From: Candidatus Eiseniibacteriota bacterium
GTDB taxonomy: Bacteria; Eisenbacteria; RBG-16-71-46; CAVPCR01
NCBI GenBank assembly: GCA_963823555.1
Contig: CAWGMA010000001.1
Coordinates: 864,001-928,000, forward strand
Direction: 5' to 3'
Length of the DNA stretch: 64,000 nt
Shown: positions 1 through 12,816 of the stretch, piece after piece
Position numbering within the stretch: the stretch's first letter is position 1
How the letters are laid out: each line of letters starts with the position of its first letter
Program-made: the position numbers and the translations under genes
Notes under the pieces: generated by a model
Told to the model about the DNA's origin: nothing
The model's input: only the letters and a program-made list of their open reading frames with translations
Databases searched by the model: none

Positions 1-5
1 TTCGA

Positions 6-638
6 TCAGAACGGATCGCCGCGGCCCAGGATGAGGGCGTCGATCTGCCGGATCGTCCACCGCCCGGTGAGGGGCGCCTCGGCGTTCGTGGCATCGAACG
101 TGATGGCAAGACCGAGTACGAACTCCCCGTGCTGGAAGACCGGCAGAAGGCCGTTCTCCGCGGTGGCCTCGATGGTCCCGGCCAGGGCCCGCGTGGTACC
201 GGCGAGTTCCACCCGGGCATCATGCGTGGGCGCCGACTGGTAGATGGTGGGGTTGATGCTCGTGGTATCGCTCGGTGCAAGATAGAGGGCCACGAGCGCG
301 AAGCCCAGGCCGCTCGTCGGGGTGCCCTCGAACTCGACGACGTAGTGGATCTCGACGCGCTCCATGTCGACCCGCTCGGCGATGCCGCTGCCGAGCGTGA
401 CCATCTGTGGCTCGATCGTGGTGGGGGGGAGCCTGAGCCCCTCGGGCACCAGATAATCATCGCTCCGTTCGGACTCGGAGACAAAGGAAAGCACGTCGAC
501 AGTCATGGCCACGTCGTTGCCACCGCAGCCGCCGAGGGTCAGGAGCATCCATGCGGCTGCGATCATGGTCAGGATCCGCCAGGCGGGGGCCCCTGGCTTC
601 GATGCCGAAGCTCCGGCTCCGTAGCGTGCCCGCATCAT
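6..638 (-). CDS. Hypothetical lipoprotein
   Basis: Hydrophobic N-terminus ending in a lipobox-like LTLGG-C; beta-rich body; 28 nt downstream of the barrel gene on the same strand. Confidence 0.7.
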   Translation of the reverse strand: MMRARYGAGASASKPGAPAWRILTMIAAAWMLLTLGGCGGNDVAMTVDVLSFVSESERSDDYLVPEGLRLPPTTIEPQMVTLGSGIAERVDMERVEIHYVVEFEGTPTSGLGFALVALYLAPSDTTSINPTIYQSAPTHDARVELAGTTRALAGTIEATAENGLLPVFQHGEFVLGLAITFDATNAEAPLTGRWTIRQIDALILGRGDPF

Positions 639-666
639 CAGAATCGAATCCTCCTTGTTCTCCGCA

Positions 667-2067
667 TCAATGGATGGCCAGCGAGAGCCCCAGCATGAGA
701 GCGCGATCGCCGACCAGGTTGGCGCCCCGGGTGTGCAGGGCGGTGTCGATGCCGATCCGCCCCAGGCGCACCCCCCCGCCGCCGCTCCCTTGCAAGCGTC
801 CTGCCGTGTCGATCAACGCCCCGCCGCGCACCGCATAGCGACCGAAACGGGTCTCAGCGCCCAGGTGGCTCGTGACCCCGTCGATGCCGCGGCGAAGGTC
901 GGCGGCCACGGTGGTCCGGTCGCCACCCCAGTGCCGGGCCACATTGAACGTGAGTTGCGGGGTGAGGTGGCTGGTGTAGGACTCATCGCGTGCCACGGCG
1001 AGCGTGCGTAGATCGCCGTTGTCATCGACGACCACCTGATCGAGATTGGTTCGCCAGCGAATCCAGCTGGCGAGATCCGTCGCCCCCAGACCGACCTCCC
1101 ACGCCTGTCCGTGGAGGGCGACGAGGCCCAGGTCGAACGCGATCCCCTGCCCGGCCGATCCTCCCGCTCCGGCGACGGAGCTCCGGATCATTCCCGAGAC
1201 GTTGAACTGGGTCGGGTCATCGGGATCGAGGAGTGGTTCCTGGGGGATCACCGTGCCCTCGAGCTCGTTGGCGAAGTAGGCGAAGCCGAGCAGAAAGCGG
1301 GCACCGACGCCGCCGTAGAGACGAAGACCGGGCGGATCTGGATAGGGGAGATCGGGATCGACCACGACCTGCGGTCCGGCAAGCTGTCGAGCCAAGGTGA
1401 CGCCGAACGCGAGGCCGGCCAGGGACTCGCTGTCCTGTTCGAGGCTGTACACGCCGCTGGCGACCACGGGCTCCGCCAGACGTAGGGCGCGGGTCAGATC
1501 CGGAGAGAGCTCGAGGCGCGATTGCGAGATCACGAGCGGCGTCAGGGCGAAGTCGACGGCCGCGATGCGTGTCGAGACCAGATCGGCGGAGAAACGGCCA
1601 CCTGCCGTGACCGGCTCGGTAGGCACGAGATTCCTGGCCGTGCCGAAGTCGAGAATGATCTCGTCCTCGGCCAGCCGCACCGTGATGTCGGCATCCTCGC
1701 CGCTCGGCGGCGAGATGAGCCGGAGATCATCGGGCGGGTTCATGATCAGGCGGTCGGCGATGGCGAGGGCCGAGAAATTGGGGTCGCTCGCATCGAAGAC
1801 GGGCGGATGAGCTGCCAGCTGGGCCAGGCCGAGGGGCAGCGGGATCAACCGCGGGCGATCGGGTAGCGCAGGGACGGCGCGGAAGGCGACATTGGTTCCA
1901 CCACCACCACCCTCGCGCACGAGCACGACATCGCCCATGGCCGAACGTCGGGCGGTCTCGAAGGCGGCATGCGCCTGCGGCACGGCGCACGCCAGCGCGA
2001 AGAGCGCGAACATGGCGAGCGATGGGCAGAGCTTGGCGCTCCTTGAGAGCCGATCGACCACAGCCAA
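667..2067 (-). CDS. Hypothetical outer-membrane beta-barrel protein (FadL/PorV/TraF-like by pattern)
   Basis: Signal peptide (AHA-A); alternating beta strands in the C-terminal half (GIAFDLGLV, WEVGLGA, HLGAETRF, AVRGGA, IGIDTAL, LGLSLAIH); start may be GTG 2061. Confidence 0.65.
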   Translation of the reverse strand: MAVVDRLSRSAKLCPSLAMFALFALACAVPQAHAAFETARRSAMGDVVLVREGGGGGTNVAFRAVPALPDRPRLIPLPLGLAQLAAHPPVFDASDPNFSALAIADRLIMNPPDDLRLISPPSGEDADITVRLAEDEIILDFGTARNLVPTEPVTAGGRFSADLVSTRIAAVDFALTPLVISQSRLELSPDLTRALRLAEPVVASGVYSLEQDSESLAGLAFGVTLARQLAGPQVVVDPDLPYPDPPGLRLYGGVGARFLLGFAYFANELEGTVIPQEPLLDPDDPTQFNVSGMIRSSVAGAGGSAGQGIAFDLGLVALHGQAWEVGLGATDLASWIRWRTNLDQVVVDDNGDLRTLAVARDESYTSHLTPQLTFNVARHWGGDRTTVAADLRRGIDGVTSHLGAETRFGRYAVRGGALIDTAGRLQGSGGGGVRLGRIGIDTALHTRGANLVGDRALMLGLSLAIH

Positions 2068-2134
2068 CCCTCCGAGATCCTGCCGATGAGAAGCGTGATG
2101 AGCGGCGGGCGTCGGTGGCCGGCTGTCACCACCT

Positions 2135-2146
2135 GCAACCGGTTAC
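2135..2146. promoter_or_regulatory. Palindromic operator-like site GCAACCGGTTAC (LacI-type)
   Basis: Intergenic imperfect palindrome with central CG; exact reverse complement at 11426-11437. Confidence 0.4.
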
Positions 2147-2342
2147 CGCCCGCACCGAATGCGGCAAGAGCTGTGCCACGGATGGCGGAGAGGCCGGCGG
2201 GCAACTGTCGTTCCCACAGCGGTCTCGGGGTGGCCAGGGGCACCGAGCGGGGGGGGGAGAGCCTGGCCGTTGCATACGGCAACGGGGCCATGCATGCGGC
2301 ACGCTCTCCTCGGCCCCTGGAAAGCAGCGGTGGGGGTGGGGA

Positions 2343-2371
2343 TTGACCGACAGGGGCTTGCTTCCTATACT
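2343..2371 (+). promoter_or_regulatory. Sigma70 promoter of the PTS-IIA/zinc-ribbon operon
   Basis: TTGACC-N17-TATACT. Confidence 0.75.
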
Positions 2372-2425
2372 CCGGGCCCCATCACAATGGAGGCGTCGCT
2401 CTTGGGTGAGGAGAAGACCGCACCG

Positions 2426-2893
2426 ATGCCGGCTGCCGGACTTGCTTCCTATTGTCACGAGAGTCTCTTTGTCCCTGAACTCAAGACCCGGGGCAAGGAT
2501 GAAGCTCTGGTCGAGATGGTGGACCATCTCGTGGCGAGCGGGCGGGTGAAGGCCCGCGAGGTGATCCTCAACACGGTTCGTGAGCGCGAGCGCATCTGGC
2601 CCACGGCCATCGGCCGTGGGGTGGCCGTGCCTCATGGTCGCTCGCTCGTCGTCCCCGAGCTCTCCATCCTGTTCGCTCGTTCTCGCCCCGGGATCGATTT
2701 CGGCGCCGAGGATGGTGAGCCCGTCAAGCTCATCTTCCTCATCCTGGCGCCCTACCAGGACAAGGAAAACCGCTACCTTCCGGCCCTGGGCAAGATCGTG
2801 GAGCTGGTGGCCAGCGAGTCCACCCGCCGCCGGTTGCTCGAGCTCAAGACCTTCGATGAGTTCCTGAGCGTGGTCGGGGGAGGAGCCTCATGA
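2426..2893 (+). CDS. PTS EIIA (PtsN/Fru-type) stand-alone protein
   Basis: RERIWPTAIGRGVAVPHGR phospho-His motif, GIDFGAEDGEPVKLIFLILAP; GAGGAG RBS before ATG 2426. Confidence 0.9.
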   Translation: MPAAGLASYCHESLFVPELKTRGKDEALVEMVDHLVASGRVKAREVILNTVRERERIWPTAIGRGVAVPHGRSLVVPELSILFARSRPGIDFGAEDGEPVKLIFLILAPYQDKENRYLPALGKIVELVASESTRRRLLELKTFDEFLSVVGGGAS

Positions 2894-3240
2894 ACGGTCA
2901 GCTGATGCTGCTCATCGCGCTCCAGGATGTCGATGAGATGCTCGGCGAGGCTCGCGATCCCGAAAAGCTGCAGGCGATGAAGAAGCTCGGCTTCGAGGTG
3001 AAGAACATCGACGCCCTGGTGAACTCGCGCAGGAAGCTCGCCGACCAGATCAGCAAGCGCAACCTCACGCTCTACGAGCGGGTCCGGATCCGTTATGGAC
3101 GCGCCGTGGTTCCGGTTGAAGGGCAGATCTGTCTCGGCTGCTTCATGAATCTGCCGACCAAGAACATCGGGACGGACTCGGCCCAGTCCGACCGCATCGA
3201 GACCTGCGAGAACTGCGGTCGCATCCTCTACTGGTTGTGA
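2890..3240 (+). CDS. Short C4 zinc-ribbon protein (DUF164/CT398-like, without the long coiled coil)
   Basis: AVVPVEGQICLGCFMNLP...CENCGRILYW; ATGA overlap with EIIA gene. Confidence 0.85.
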   Translation: MNGQLMLLIALQDVDEMLGEARDPEKLQAMKKLGFEVKNIDALVNSRRKLADQISKRNLTLYERVRIRYGRAVVPVEGQICLGCFMNLPTKNIGTDSAQSDRIETCENCGRILYWL

Positions 3241-3329
3241 TGCGATCGTTGCGCTCATCCAGCGTGAGAAGCACGGCGGCCCGAGTCGGAGATCCCGGCT
3301 CGGGCCGCACGCATGTTCGATGGAAGTGA

Positions 3330-4631
3330 CTACCGCATGTGGGAGATGATCGCGTCGCCGAAGGCGCTGGTCGGGACCTCGCGCGCACCTTCCATGAGTC
3401 GAGCGAAATCGTAGGTCACCGAGCGGCTGGCAATCGCGCCATCCATGCCGCGGATGACGAGATCCGCAGCCTCGGTCCAGCCGAGGTAACGCAGCATCAT
3501 CTCGCCGGAGAGGATGACTGAACCGGGGTTCACCTTGTCGAGGTTGGCGTACTTGGGAGCCGTGCCGTGCGTGGCCTCGAACACGGCGTGGCCGGTGTCG
3601 TAGTTGATGTTGCCGCCGGGGGCGATGCCGATACCTCCAACCTGCGCCGCCAGGGCGTCCGACAGATAGTCGCCATTCAGGTTGAGTGTGGCGATGACGT
3701 CGAACTCATCGGGTCGGGTGAGCACCTGCTGCAGGGTGATGTCGGCGATGGCGTCCTTGACCACGATCTTCCCGGCCTCGCGCGCCGCCTTGTCCTCGGC
3801 GGCAGCGGCATCGGCCCCGCGCTCCGCCTTGACCCGGTCGGACCGCTGCCAGCTCCAGGTATCGGCGGGAAACTCGCGGTCGGCGAGATCGTAGCCCCAG
3901 CCACGGAAGCCGCCCTCGGTGAACTTCATGATGTTGCCCTTGTGGACGAACGTCACGCTCTTCCGCTTGTTCTGGATCGCGTAGCGGATGGCGGCGCGCA
4001 CCAACCGCTCCGTGCCCTCCCTGGACACCGGCTTGATCCCGATCGCCGTCGTCTCCGGGAAGCGGATCTTCTTGTAGAGCGCGGGGAAGGTCTCGCGCAT
4101 GAAGGCGAGGACCTTCTTCACATCCTCCGACTCGCTCTCGAACTCGATCCCGGCATAGATATCCTCGGTGTTCTCGCGGAAGATCACCATGTCCACCTTC
4201 TCCGGATGGAGCACCGGGGACGGGATTCCCTTGAACCAGCGCACCGGGCGCAGGCAGACATAGAGATCCAGCATCTGGCGGAGGGCGACATTGAGCGACC
4301 GGATGCCGCCCCCGACCGGAGTCGTGAGCGGGCCCTTGATGCCGACCAGGAACTCCCGGAACGCCTCCACGGTCTCGTCGGGCAACCAGGTCGAGGACTT
4401 GTCGAATGACTTCTGGCCGGCGTAGACCTCCATCCACTGGATCTGACGCCGGCTGCCATAGGCGCGCTCCACGGCCGCGTTGATGACGCGGACGCTGGCC
4501 CGCCAGATGTCGGGCCCGGTGCCGTCACCCTCGATGAAGGGGATGATCGGCTTGTCGGGTACCTGGAGCTTCTTGTCTTGGATCAGGATCTTGTCGCCGG
4601 ACTTCGGTACGTTGAGCGTGTTTGTTTCCAT
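3330..4631 (-). CDS. icd: NADP-dependent isocitrate dehydrogenase
   Basis: [64 protein letters not shown]. Confidence 0.98.
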   Translation of the reverse strand: METNTLNVPKSGDKILIQDKKLQVPDKPIIPFIEGDGTGPDIWRASVRVINAAVERAYGSRRQIQWMEVYAGQKSFDKSSTWLPDETVEAFREFLVGIKGPLTTPVGGGIRSLNVALRQMLDLYVCLRPVRWFKGIPSPVLHPEKVDMVIFRENTEDIYAGIEFESESEDVKKVLAFMRETFPALYKKIRFPETTAIGIKPVSREGTERLVRAAIRYAIQNKRKSVTFVHKGNIMKFTEGGFRGWGYDLADREFPADTWSWQRSDRVKAERGADAAAAEDKAAREAGKIVVKDAIADITLQQVLTRPDEFDVIATLNLNGDYLSDALAAQVGGIGIAPGGNINYDTGHAVFEATHGTAPKYANLDKVNPGSVILSGEMMLRYLGWTEAADLVIRGMDGAIASRSVTYDFARLMEGAREVPTSAFGDAIISHMR

Positions 4632-4653
4632 CGTCGTCCCTCCGTGGGCGACG

Positions 4654-4682
4654 ATTCTAGGCGATGGCGCTCTGGGCGGCAA
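4654..4682 (-). promoter_or_regulatory. Sigma70 promoter of icd
   Basis: Minus strand TTGCCG-N17-TAGAAT. Confidence 0.6.
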
Positions 4683-4730
4683 CGGGGAGTGGTGGACCTC
4701 GGGAATCCGGCCGCGGCGGCGGCCGCCGCC

Positions 4731-5627
4731 TCACGCGGCTCGGCGCTCCGCCTCCCGGATCTCCGCGTCGAGCACCGCCAGGGGCACGAGATCGGCGACG
4801 AGGTTCAGGAGGGGAACCTGGCGCCCGTCACCCAGGGGACCGCGCACAGCCACGTATCCCCGGCCTCGATCCACGTCGTTGTACAGGCCCGGCGCCTCGT
4901 GGGCGAACAGCATCCGCGCTCGTTCGATCGCCAGGCGGAGCAGCGGGGCGGGGCCGGCCAGCACGAACCGCGAGTAACTCATATCGCCGGCATGACCGAG
5001 CGCGATCGGGACCGGGATGTCACCCTCGACGGCGGCTCCGGCCAGCGCCTGGCGCAGGCAGGTGGCGGCCACGCGCAGGGCCTCGGCCGAGCGCAGATCT
5101 CCGTACTTCTGCCGGTGAATGAGGGCTGATTCCGGCTCGAACTCGATCACGGCGACCATGGCGGGCACCCGTGCCCGCTCGAACTCCCGGGCGCGGTGGA
5201 GCACGCTCGAGAGATCGGGCAGCTTCGTGATCGGGTTCCGCTCTTCCCCGCGCAGGCGCGACTCGACCAGTCCAGACACGGTGGCGATGAGGGCATTCGG
5301 GTCGAAGGGTTTCGTCAGATACTCGTCGGCGCCCGCATCGAGGCCCCAGTGGCGATCAGCGTCAGTGCTCCGCGCGGTGAGGAGGATGAGCGGGAGGGTC
5401 TTGCTCTCGTCGCGGGTCCGTAGCTCGCGGCAGACCTCGAAGCCGTTCCGGCCGGGCATGCCGACATCCAGCACGACCGCATCGGCGGGGTCGTCGGCGA
5501 GCGCGCGCAGGGCCTCCTCGCCATCTGCGACCGCGGTGACCCGGTACCCGGCGGCGCGAAAGGTCTCGGCGATCACGAGATTGAGACTCGGATCGTCGTC
5601 GGCGATGAGGACATGAGTCTTGACCAT
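4731..5627 (-). CDS. Response regulator: REC plus degenerate GGDEF-like domain
   Basis: VLIADDD, VVLDVGMPG, LLTA, YLTKPF; then RNPITKLPD and LGHAGDMSYSRF in place of GHIGGDDF. Confidence 0.85.
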   Translation of the reverse strand: MVKTHVLIADDDPSLNLVIAETFRAAGYRVTAVADGEEALRALADDPADAVVLDVGMPGRNGFEVCRELRTRDESKTLPLILLTARSTDADRHWGLDAGADEYLTKPFDPNALIATVSGLVESRLRGEERNPITKLPDLSSVLHRAREFERARVPAMVAVIEFEPESALIHRQKYGDLRSAEALRVAATCLRQALAGAAVEGDIPVPIALGHAGDMSYSRFVLAGPAPLLRLAIERARMLFAHEAPGLYNDVDRGRGYVAVRGPLGDGRQVPLLNLVADLVPLAVLDAEIREAERRAA

Positions 5628-5670
5628 CTTCTCTCCCGCGCCGGCCAGATCCCCGCCGGCGCTCGATATC

Positions 5671-8232
<2,562 letters not shown>

Positions 8233-8508
8233 CCCGCCTCCGCGGCCAGGCCGGGCACCCCAGGCGACGCCGATCGGCGAGCGCCAAAATGCGCCGACAC
8301 GTTGCATCCTGCACGGTCCGCAGGCGGCCGCATTCCCGTCGGCCGCTCCGCGGACGTGCTAACGTATGCCGGCGATGGAAGCTACGACGGCGCGCCGGCG
8401 CTCGCCGGGGGCACGCGTCGTGACAGGGCGAGAAACGTGCCAGAGCGCCTGCCCGCCCCGGGACGGGCTCGGGCGTTTTCCGGGGTGTTGAGAGGGAGGC
8501 CAGGCGCC

Positions 8509-9597
8509 TTGGGCATCGGGAAGGTCTGCGAGCATGGGCTCAAGCGATGCAGCGTCGCTCTGGTCCGGAGCTTCCTCGGTCCGGCGCTGCGCCCGGCAGC
8601 GGACTGCCGGCTCGAATCTCTGGAGCGTGTGCTCGTCGTGCGCCAGGATCGCCGGCTCGGGAACCTGGTGCTCATCACTCCGCTGCTCCAGGGCCTTCGC
8701 CGCGTGGCGCCGCATGCCGAGATCACCGTGGTGGCCCCGCATCGCTTCGCCCCGGTGCTGGACGGCCATCCGGCTGTCGATCGCATCATCGCGATCGATC
8801 ACCGGCGGTTCTTCTCCCATCCTTGGGACATTGCGTCATGGAGCAGCGAACTGCGGATGGTGAGGCCACAGCTCGCCATTGATGCATCACCGCATCATGC
8901 CACCAGCTTCCTGAACGGGGCGATCACCCGGCTCTCGGGGGCGGAGGTCCGCCTCGGCTTTGATCGGCCGGACGCCGATGCCTTTCTCACTGAACTCGTC
9001 CCGATCCCGGCCGGAGCCGCCGTCCTGCACGAATCGATGTCCTTGCACGACCTGCTGCGTGCACTCCAGCCGGACCTGCCCCCCGCGCCCCGGCCGATGG
9101 TCGTGGCCCCGGCCGGATCGGCTGCGGTCGCCGCCCGCACCTATCAGCGAATGGGGATTCCTGCGGGCAGCACGATCGTGGGGCTCCACCCCGGAGGACG
9201 GAGGCAGAAGCGCTGGGCGATCGAACGTTTCGCTGCCGTTGCCAGCGAGCTCGCCCGGCGGGGGCTCGAGGTCGTTGTCTTCTCCGGTCCCGCCGAAAGA
9301 CCGCTCCTGCCGCTGATGCCTCCGCCCGGGCCTCATCTCATCTACGCTCCGCCGACAGACGTGCGCGGACTCGCCACCTTTCTGAGCGGGCTCTCGGTCT
9401 TCGTCTCGGGTGACATGGGACCGATGCACCTGGCCTCGGCCCTTGGCATTCCATGCGTGACCGTGTTCCGGATCGGGGACGTGGCGCGCTACCGGCCCCT
9501 CGGGCCCCGGGACCGGGTGCTGGATGGCTCGTTGAGAGAGATCACTCCCGCTGACGTGATCGCCGCGGTGGAAGAGGTCGGCGCGCCTGCTACTTGA
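8509..9597 (+). CDS. Glycosyltransferase family 9 (heptosyltransferase-like)
   Basis: DRRLGNLVLITP, LHPGG..KRW, FVSGDMGPMHLASALG; GGAGG RBS before TTG 8509. Confidence 0.9.
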   Translation: MGIGKVCEHGLKRCSVALVRSFLGPALRPAADCRLESLERVLVVRQDRRLGNLVLITPLLQGLRRVAPHAEITVVAPHRFAPVLDGHPAVDRIIAIDHRRFFSHPWDIASWSSELRMVRPQLAIDASPHHATSFLNGAITRLSGAEVRLGFDRPDADAFLTELVPIPAGAAVLHESMSLHDLLRALQPDLPPAPRPMVVAPAGSAAVAARTYQRMGIPAGSTIVGLHPGGRRQKRWAIERFAAVASELARRGLEVVVFSGPAERPLLPLMPPPGPHLIYAPPTDVRGLATFLSGLSVFVSGDMGPMHLASALGIPCVTVFRIGDVARYRPLGPRDRVLDGSLREITPADVIAAVEEVGAPAT

Positions 9598-11344
9598 TCT
9601 GGGTGACCGAGATTCCCCAGAGATGAGGCTGGTCAGGTGGCCAGGCGTTCCAGTCGCCGAAAGCGTGCGAATCGTCGGTGACGTAATGGAGCTCGTAGGC
9701 TCCGGGGTCGAGCTCGATCTCCTCGGTGGCGCGGCGGTTCTTCTCATCGCCGCCGGCAGGGGTCGTTCGCTCGTAGCGCATGCGCCAGACATATTCGCCG
9801 GTGCCATCGTCGGTGCGCTCGAGCCAGCCATAGTCGAACATCTGGCCGTGCAGGCCTTCGCCGACCGCGATGATGCGCACGCGGGTCTTCTTCTTGATCG
9901 TGAATTTTTCGACGGCGTCGCTCGAGTCCCGGATCTGAATGAGCTGACCCAGGATCAGTGGATCTTGCTCCGAGTTGTATCGCTCGACGGACTTGGCTTC
10001 GAAGCTGTCCCCGGCGCCCCAGACCTGGATGCCCCAGCCTTCCGGATCCCGGGGGGGAGTGGCGTTCCACGATCCGAAGGCGTGAGAGCCGTCGGTGATG
10101 TTGTAGACGAGGTAGTCACCCACAGGGAGGGATAGCTCGGCCCGAGCCTCGCGGTTCTTGCTCGCTCCTCCAGCCGGCTCGGTCTCGCCGTAGCTCATCG
10201 ACCACAGCAGGCGGTGGGTGCGAGCCTCCTCGATCCAGCCGCGGTCGACAAATCGTTTGTCGGCGGCTTCCCCGATGGCGTAGATGCGCACCGTGATCGG
10301 ACGCTTCACGCGCAGGCCACCCATGGCGAACTCGTCATTGCGTTGCCGCGATAGATCGACGATGCGGTTCCTCATGATCGGGTCCTCGACGCCTGCGGTG
10401 AAGTGAGCGCGGGCTCCGCGGAAGTCGAAGATGGCTGCACCCCAGAAGTCAGGATCGAGCGGGGGATTCATGTTCCAGTCGCCGGGGCCGTGCGAGTCGT
10501 CACTCGAGTAGCAGAGGATATAGACCCCCGGCTCGAGCGCCACCGTATCGCGGAACATGCGGTTCTTCTCGGCGCCGCCGGCATAGCGCGTGTTGTCCTC
10601 GGTCATCTTCCACACGATGTCCCGATCGCTCCCGCGCTCAATCCAGGCCCCATCGGCGAGCGTCCGGTTCATCTTGTCGTACTCGCCGATCGCATAGACC
10701 ACCACACTGGACGCGGCATCGAGGCGGAAGGGGAGGCGCTGCGACTCGCTTCGCTTCACTTCCCCGGTGCGAAGCAGGGGGCTGAAGCTCGGTCGATGCC
10801 GGTCGCCGGCGGATATCGCGTTCTTGTCCTTGTCCTCGACGGTCAGCGTGAGCCGCCAGTCATCGGGGCGGGGAGCGGCAATCTGGCGCACCGAGGTCTT
10901 CTTGCCCACGTTGAGGCCGAACCAGGTTGAGATCTTGACCCGGCGAGCGTCACCGACCGTGGTGAAATAGACCTCGTACGACCCGGGTTCGAGCTGGACC
11001 GTCCCCTCCTGCTTGACGCGAACCGTGCCTTCCTTGCTGTTCGGCTTGGCATCCTTCTTGGCCTTGTCGGCCTCGAGGATCCAGACCGCCTTTCGCGTTT
11101 CCGAATCGACAATCCACGGATAGGCGATGAGTTCGTTCTCGCGGGCTCCGATCGTGGCCACGGCCTTGATCTGGAGGGCCACCGGTCGCTCGACCTTGAG
11201 GTATCCCACCCTGAGCTTGCCAGGCTCCATGTCCCGCCAGTCGAGTAGCTCGGTCTTGGCCCAGCAGAGGGCGGGAATCGCCAGGACGATGGCCGCCATG
11301 ACCGGGACGGTGAGTGGTCGGGTCTTCATCTTCATTGTGCCCAT
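9590..11344 (-). CDS. Secreted hypothetical protein with four tandem domain repeats
   Basis: Signal peptide; repeated AIGE...GWIE...W.M...AGG..KNR...L.PG.Y...DDSH...WN..PP..P..WG motif. Confidence 0.85.
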   Translation of the reverse strand: MGTMKMKTRPLTVPVMAAIVLAIPALCWAKTELLDWRDMEPGKLRVGYLKVERPVALQIKAVATIGARENELIAYPWIVDSETRKAVWILEADKAKKDAKPNSKEGTVRVKQEGTVQLEPGSYEVYFTTVGDARRVKISTWFGLNVGKKTSVRQIAAPRPDDWRLTLTVEDKDKNAISAGDRHRPSFSPLLRTGEVKRSESQRLPFRLDAASSVVVYAIGEYDKMNRTLADGAWIERGSDRDIVWKMTEDNTRYAGGAEKNRMFRDTVALEPGVYILCYSSDDSHGPGDWNMNPPLDPDFWGAAIFDFRGARAHFTAGVEDPIMRNRIVDLSRQRNDEFAMGGLRVKRPITVRIYAIGEAADKRFVDRGWIEEARTHRLLWSMSYGETEPAGGASKNREARAELSLPVGDYLVYNITDGSHAFGSWNATPPRDPEGWGIQVWGAGDSFEAKSVERYNSEQDPLILGQLIQIRDSSDAVEKFTIKKKTRVRIIAVGEGLHGQMFDYGWLERTDDGTGEYVWRMRYERTTPAGGDEKNRRATEEIELDPGAYELHYVTDDSHAFGDWNAWPPDQPHLWGISVTQIK

Positions 11345-11422
11345 GGCCTTGGCTCCGGTGAATGCCCGGGGTGCTCCCGGTGGACCGGGTCGCCGAAACG
11401 GCCTCTTCAAACCTGAGAATAC

Positions 11423-11449
11423 GACGTAACCGGTTGCCGCCGGGTTTCC
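11423..11449 (-). promoter_or_regulatory. Possible ECF-sigma promoter, overlapped by palindrome GTAACCGGTTGC (11426-11437)
   Basis: Minus strand GGAAAC-N17-CGTC upstream of the repeat-protein gene. Confidence 0.4.
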
Positions 11450-11495
11450 TGCCAAGATGCCCCGCCGGGCGGCCGGAGGGAGGATCGGGTCGCGC

Positions 11496-12629
11496 TCACT
11501 GCCGGCGGCTGCCCTGGTGCGAGCGGGTCACGAGCGGCACGGCAGGCGTGATCCATCCGCCATGAGCATGGGCCCGCGTCACGGCGTCCATGATGGCCTG
11601 GGCCCTGAGGCCGGCCCTGAGATCGGGATCCCCCGGCTGAGGTTTGCCGTCGATGGCGCGTACCAGGGCATCGGCGACCTGGACAAATGGGGCCAGCCGG
11701 CCATCCGGATACTCCCGCGGGAGGCTCAGTTCCTCCGGGATTTCGGCTTCCTCGAGGGTGGGATCGCCGGCGCGGCCGGCGAGGAGGAGCGCCCCATGAA
11801 TGTAATCGGACGGGGATTCCTGGCGGAGCTCCAGCGTGCCGTCATCGCCGTAGGCGGTGATGCGATGTCCGGCCCGGTGCCAGCCCACAGCGCAGACCTC
11901 GACTGCGGCCACGACTCCACTCTTGAAGCGCAGATGCGCGCCGAACGTGTCGTCCGCCGTGACCGGAGCCGTGCTTCGCGAATCGGGCAGCGCGCGCGTG
12001 CGTAGCCCGGTGGCGAGGAAGCCTGTGGCCTCACTGATCTCGCCCAGGAACCACTCCAGGTAGTCGAAGACATGGGACCCGAGCGCGCCGAGGATGCCGC
12101 CTCCGGTCTCCTGCTGACTTGCCCAGCCGAAGCGGCGGCCTTCGGGGTCGGCGAGGATGTCGACGAGCCAGGACACCGACACGTAACGCGGACGCCCGAT
12201 GAACCCCTGCGCTAGCTCCCGCTGCATCAGCATCCAGGCTGGAACGAACCGAAATTCGAAATCGATGATCCCCGGGACCTTGGCGGCTTCGGCCTGGGTC
12301 GTGATCTTCTGCGCTGATTCGAGCGTGTGGGCGAGTGGTTTCTCGATGAGGATGGGTTTGCCCCGGGCGATCGCGGCCAGCGCCATCGCCTCGTGCTGGT
12401 GCGGTGGCGTGGCGATGGTCACGATGTCGACGTCCGGATGGGCGATGAGCTCGCGATAATCACCCGTCGAGAAGGGGATATCGAACGCCTCGGCCACCTC
12501 GGCCGCCCGCTCGGCGTGCTGTGCGGCCACCGCAACGACCTTGGTGCGGCGGTGCTCCTGGAATCCGGGTATGTGGATCTTCTGTCCGAAGCCGATTCCG
12601 ATGACGCCGACGCCGAGCTTTTCGGCCAC
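11496..12629 (-). CDS. Gfo/Idh/MocA family oxidoreductase
   Basis: GVIGIGFG, IATPPHQH, IEKP, GGILGALGSHVFD. Confidence 0.92.
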   Translation of the reverse strand: MAEKLGVGVIGIGFGQKIHIPGFQEHRRTKVVAVAAQHAERAAEVAEAFDIPFSTGDYRELIAHPDVDIVTIATPPHQHEAMALAAIARGKPILIEKPLAHTLESAQKITTQAEAAKVPGIIDFEFRFVPAWMLMQRELAQGFIGRPRYVSVSWLVDILADPEGRRFGWASQQETGGGILGALGSHVFDYLEWFLGEISEATGFLATGLRTRALPDSRSTAPVTADDTFGAHLRFKSGVVAAVEVCAVGWHRAGHRITAYGDDGTLELRQESPSDYIHGALLLAGRAGDPTLEEAEIPEELSLPREYPDGRLAPFVQVADALVRAIDGKPQPGDPDLRAGLRAQAIMDAVTRAHAHGGWITPAVPLVTRSHQGSRRQ

Positions 12630-12816
12630 GGAACCTCCTTGCCCGCTATGGGCGGGCCGATCGGGGCGACCGGCCGGTTGCTCGCGGGATTATGGCTGGG
12701 CGGGCCACAGCTCTCAAGGCGCTATCCCCCTCATGGACGTGGGTCCCGCGAAGCCCGCCGAGTCGCTTCCTCCTTCCAGCCGTCACCCGTCTGAACGGCG
12801 GAACGCTATGCCATCG

